From Candidatus Poribacteria bacterium (GTDB lineage Bacteria; Poribacteria; WGA-4E; PCPOR2b): a stretch of 64,000 bases of DNA. Where the stretch lies: contig OZ244042.1 of assembly GCA_965215015.1 (NCBI GenBank), positions 3,392,001 to 3,456,000 of the forward strand, read 5' to 3'. This document shows, one piece after another, positions 61,510 through 64,000 of this stretch. The notes beneath the pieces were generated by a model. The model saw nothing but the letters and a program-made list of their open reading frames with translations. It did not search any database and was not told the DNA's origin. The translations under genes were made by a program, and so were the position numbers. Within the stretch, counting starts at the first letter, position 1. The number at the start of each line of letters is the position of its first letter.

Positions 61510-63232
61510 GCTTTCAGTCCCCTTTTCATCGGGTCAATGGTTGTAACTAGGCAAAATACTCACTATCAACTTTATCCATTACCTCTTTCAGTCCCCTTTT
61601 CATCGGGTCAATGGTTGTAACAACACGACGGATGGGATCACAACAGTCCAAACAGGACTTTCAGTCCCCTTTTCATCGGGTCAATGGTTGTAACATCGAA
61701 CGCAAGATACGAGAGATCTTTGAAAGCGAACTTTCAGTCCCCTTTTCATCGGGTCAATGGTTGTAACTTCTGCGATACAATCGTTGCAGGGCGACGTTTC
61801 GGCTTTCAGTCCCCTTTTCATCGGGTCAATGGTTGTAACTTATCGAATGCGGGTTACGCGGGGACTCAGGTGGCGTCTTTCAGTCCCCTTTTCATCGGGT
61901 CAATGGTTGTAACTCGGAGACTGGGAATGGAAGTACAACACTGAATGTAGCGCTTTCAGTCCCCTTTTCATCGGGTCAATGGTTGTAACTGGGTTCTGGG
62001 GGAGAGAATGGATGTTGACGAGCTGTCTTTCAGTCCCCTTTTCATCGGGTCAATGGTTGTAACTAATGCAGCTACGATTGATCAAGGTGGTCAATCGTAT
62101 CTTTCAGTCCCCTTTTCATCGGGTCAATGGTTGTAACTAAAAGTCCAAGGCTTCACGGACGAAGAACGGGCGCCTTTCAGTCCCCTTTTCATCGGGTCAA
62201 TGGTTGTAACACAAACCAGTCCACGAAATAGACGCCATCGCCTGCTTTCAGTCCCCTTTTCATCGGGTCAATGGTTGTAACCAAACGCCGAGCGTCGGGG
62301 CAATCGCATCCGCTTGTCCTTTCAGTCCCCTTTTCATCGGGTCAATGGTTGTAACTCGCTTGACGACGGTTCATACGACCATCCGCCCACGCTTTCAGTC
62401 CCCTTTTCATCGGGTCAATGGTTGTAACGTTTTCGACCCTCGCTTACCACCCCGAGCCGTCAAGCTTTCAGTCCCCTTTTCATCGGGTCAATGGTTGTAA
62501 CCATCTCAAATCTCCTTTTGCCCTTGAGGGCGATTGTGCTTTCAGTCCCCTTTTCATCGGGTCAATGGTTGTAACCTTGAACCACCGACGGAGGTGAGAC
62601 GGCGGAGCGTGCTTTCAGTCCCCTTTTCATCGGGTCAATGGTTGTAACTGGGGAGGACGAGGACAGCGTCCTCAAGGCCGTCACTTTCAGTCCCCTTTTC
62701 ATCGGGTCAATGGTTGTAACTGAAAATTGCACTGGTATGCGACGCCCGAAAAGATCTTTCAGTCCCCTTTTCATCGGGTCAATGGTTGTAACATAGCAGC
62801 GTGAATCAGATCAGACAAAGTCGTCCTCTCTTTCAGTCCCCTTTTCATCGGGTCAATGGTTGTAACTGCTAGGCAACGAGTTCATCGCCAAGAAGTCCGG
62901 GACTTTCAGTCCCCTTTTCATCGGGTCAATGGTTGTAACTAACTTTCATTGCTGTTCTCCGTTCCTCTTAAAAGCTTTCAGTCCCCTTTTCATCGGGTCA
63001 ATGGTTGTAACCTGGAGAGCAAGAGTGTCTCGGAAACGGGTGAAGCGCTTTCAGTCCCCTTTTCATCGGGTCAATGGTTGTAACTGTTGATGAACTTGAC
63101 GGCAAACGCCCGTACATCGTCTTTCAGTCCCCTTTTCATCGGGTCAATGGTTGTAACTTCTATCAGTGCAGCCTTTTGGGCTTGGATAATAGAGACTTTC
63201 AGTCCCCTTTTCATCGGGTCAATGGTTGTAAC

Positions 63233-63345
63233 CGATTACGGGCAGCACCCATGGATCACTCCAGAACGCATGAAATATCTGTATTTGTGAAGTATATTCT
63301 CTATCATCACATGAAACGCCTCCACATTCAAGTAAAAAGTGTATA
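63233..63345 (-). promoter_or_regulatory. CRISPR leader (boundaries approximate)
   Basis: AT-richer non-coding stretch next to the non-degenerate array end, downstream of cas4. Confidence 0.6.
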
Positions 63346-63502
63346 TCTCCAGCGCGGCTTGTGTTCATCGCCATCCGTGGGGGTATGCCTGTCGCTTTCG
63401 CAAATCCCTTTTCTGTGGTTTTGTCCGTCCATTCGATCGTGGAGATCAGGGGGAGTCGGTCGCAAATCCGTCTCCCTGCTCATTGTAGCAATGGTTGAAA
63501 TA

Positions 63503-63530
63503 CGGGCAAGCACAAGGCTTGCCCCTACGG
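63503..63530 (-). repeat. GTAG-family REP-like palindrome between cas4 and the leader
   Basis: Minus strand CCGTAGGGGCAAGCCTTGTGCTTGCCCG. Confidence 0.65.
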
Positions 63531-63675
63531 AGGACATTAATCCCTTTTGTGTTGGATGGCGGTTGGAACGCTTTACGGGTAGATTTGATACGAAATCAGG
63601 AACGCGGATCTACGTTCTCTATTTTTTTTCGCAAATCGCCCTATCTTTTCCTCAGAAACTCAATTTGCGATTTCT

Positions 63676-63999
63676 TCACAACACATCGGCACAGAATCGA
63701 CGAAATTCGCACTCGACGCATTTTCCGCGCTGTGGTGTCGGTGGGGGCATCCGTTCGTCTGAGAGTATACTCCTTATCTGCTGGATGGCGTGACGGGTCT
63801 TGCGCCGAAGTGTCTCTGAAATTGGAACTGCTGTGATGCGCTGTGTGGGGATTCGATAGATAAACCCTTGAGACACTAATTGACCGAGACATTCCTCCAC
63901 CATCAGCGCGTAGGCTGTCAACTGGTATTTCGCGTTCAGGTTGAGCCTCTGGGTTGTGGATTTAAACTCGACTGGGAATGCTTCATCTTTGGTCTGGAT
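63676..63999 (-). CDS. cas4: CRISPR-associated exonuclease Cas4 (5'-truncated by the window edge)
   Basis: The frame is open to the edge: FPVEFKS..KYQLTAYALMVEE..KCVECEFRRFC (RecB EXK, QxxxY, C-terminal Cys cluster), next to the array. Confidence 0.93.
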   Translation of the reverse strand: MQTKDEAFPVEFKSTTQRLNLNAKYQLTAYALMVEECLGQLVSQGFIYRIPTQRITAVPISETLRRKTRHAIQQIRSILSDERMPPPTPQRGKCVECEFRRFCADVL

Positions 64000-64000
64000 G

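Larger units (their letters stand above)
60594..63232 (-). CRISPR. CRISPR array: 27 repeats of 37 bp (GTTACAACCATTGACCCGATGAAAAGGGGACTGAAAG), 25 spacers of 34-39 bp and one of 732 bp
   Basis: Repeats at 60594, 60669, 60742, then 24 identical copies from 61511 to 63232. Mutated repeats lie at the left end, the repeat ends in GAAAG, and cas4 plus the leader lie to the right, all indicating minus-strand orientation. Confidence 0.98.

Noticed and set aside
60779-61510. IS or MITE insertion into the array
   Set aside because: No transposase, terminal inverted repeats or target-site duplication visible.
60828-61546. Plus-strand ORFs inside the giant spacer (146 aa, 122 aa)
   Set aside because: Antisense shadows; the minus strand has the RBS, the ATGA coupling and the HTH pattern.
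61684-63793. ORFs spanning CRISPR repeats and the leader (86, 70, 239 aa)
   Set aside because: Read-through of repeats (FQSPFHRVNGCN) and antisense to cas4.
1-64000. tRNA/rRNA genes and self-targeting spacers
   Set aside because: None recognised by eye; tRNAscan/Infernal and an exact spacer search would be needed to exclude them.

Overview
Bacterial chromosomal window, most likely from a Candidatus Poribacteria-type genome. That assignment is inferred from a PhyH-HEAT fusion, a Kelch protein ending in an AVxP..ATTWGxIK tail, a secreted esterase with a dockerin-like domain and an NYPNPFNPETWIPFQL tail, and a DUF6785-type membrane protein. Most of the window is housekeeping and catabolic genes (tatAC, bioA, birA, a frameshifted ackA, dehydrogenases, epimerases, transporters, an AceE-type E1). 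The main accessory features are: (1) a 27-repeat CRISPR array (60594-63232, probably read on the minus strand) downstream of a partial cas4. One of its spacers is 732 bp long and carries two coupled ORFs, including an intact tandem-HTH (Cro/XRE-like) gene in the same sense as the predicted CRISPR transcript. (2) A solitary 1201-aa N6-adenine methyltransferase-TRD gene with an AT-rich specificity segment, bracketed by an 11 x 100-bp tandem array and a mosaic REP/BIME-like array. (3) A shared family of palindromic elements found with local tandem duplications, including four copies of a gene's RBS and first codons and an in-frame insertion in a CDS. All product calls come from motif recognition; no database searches were run.
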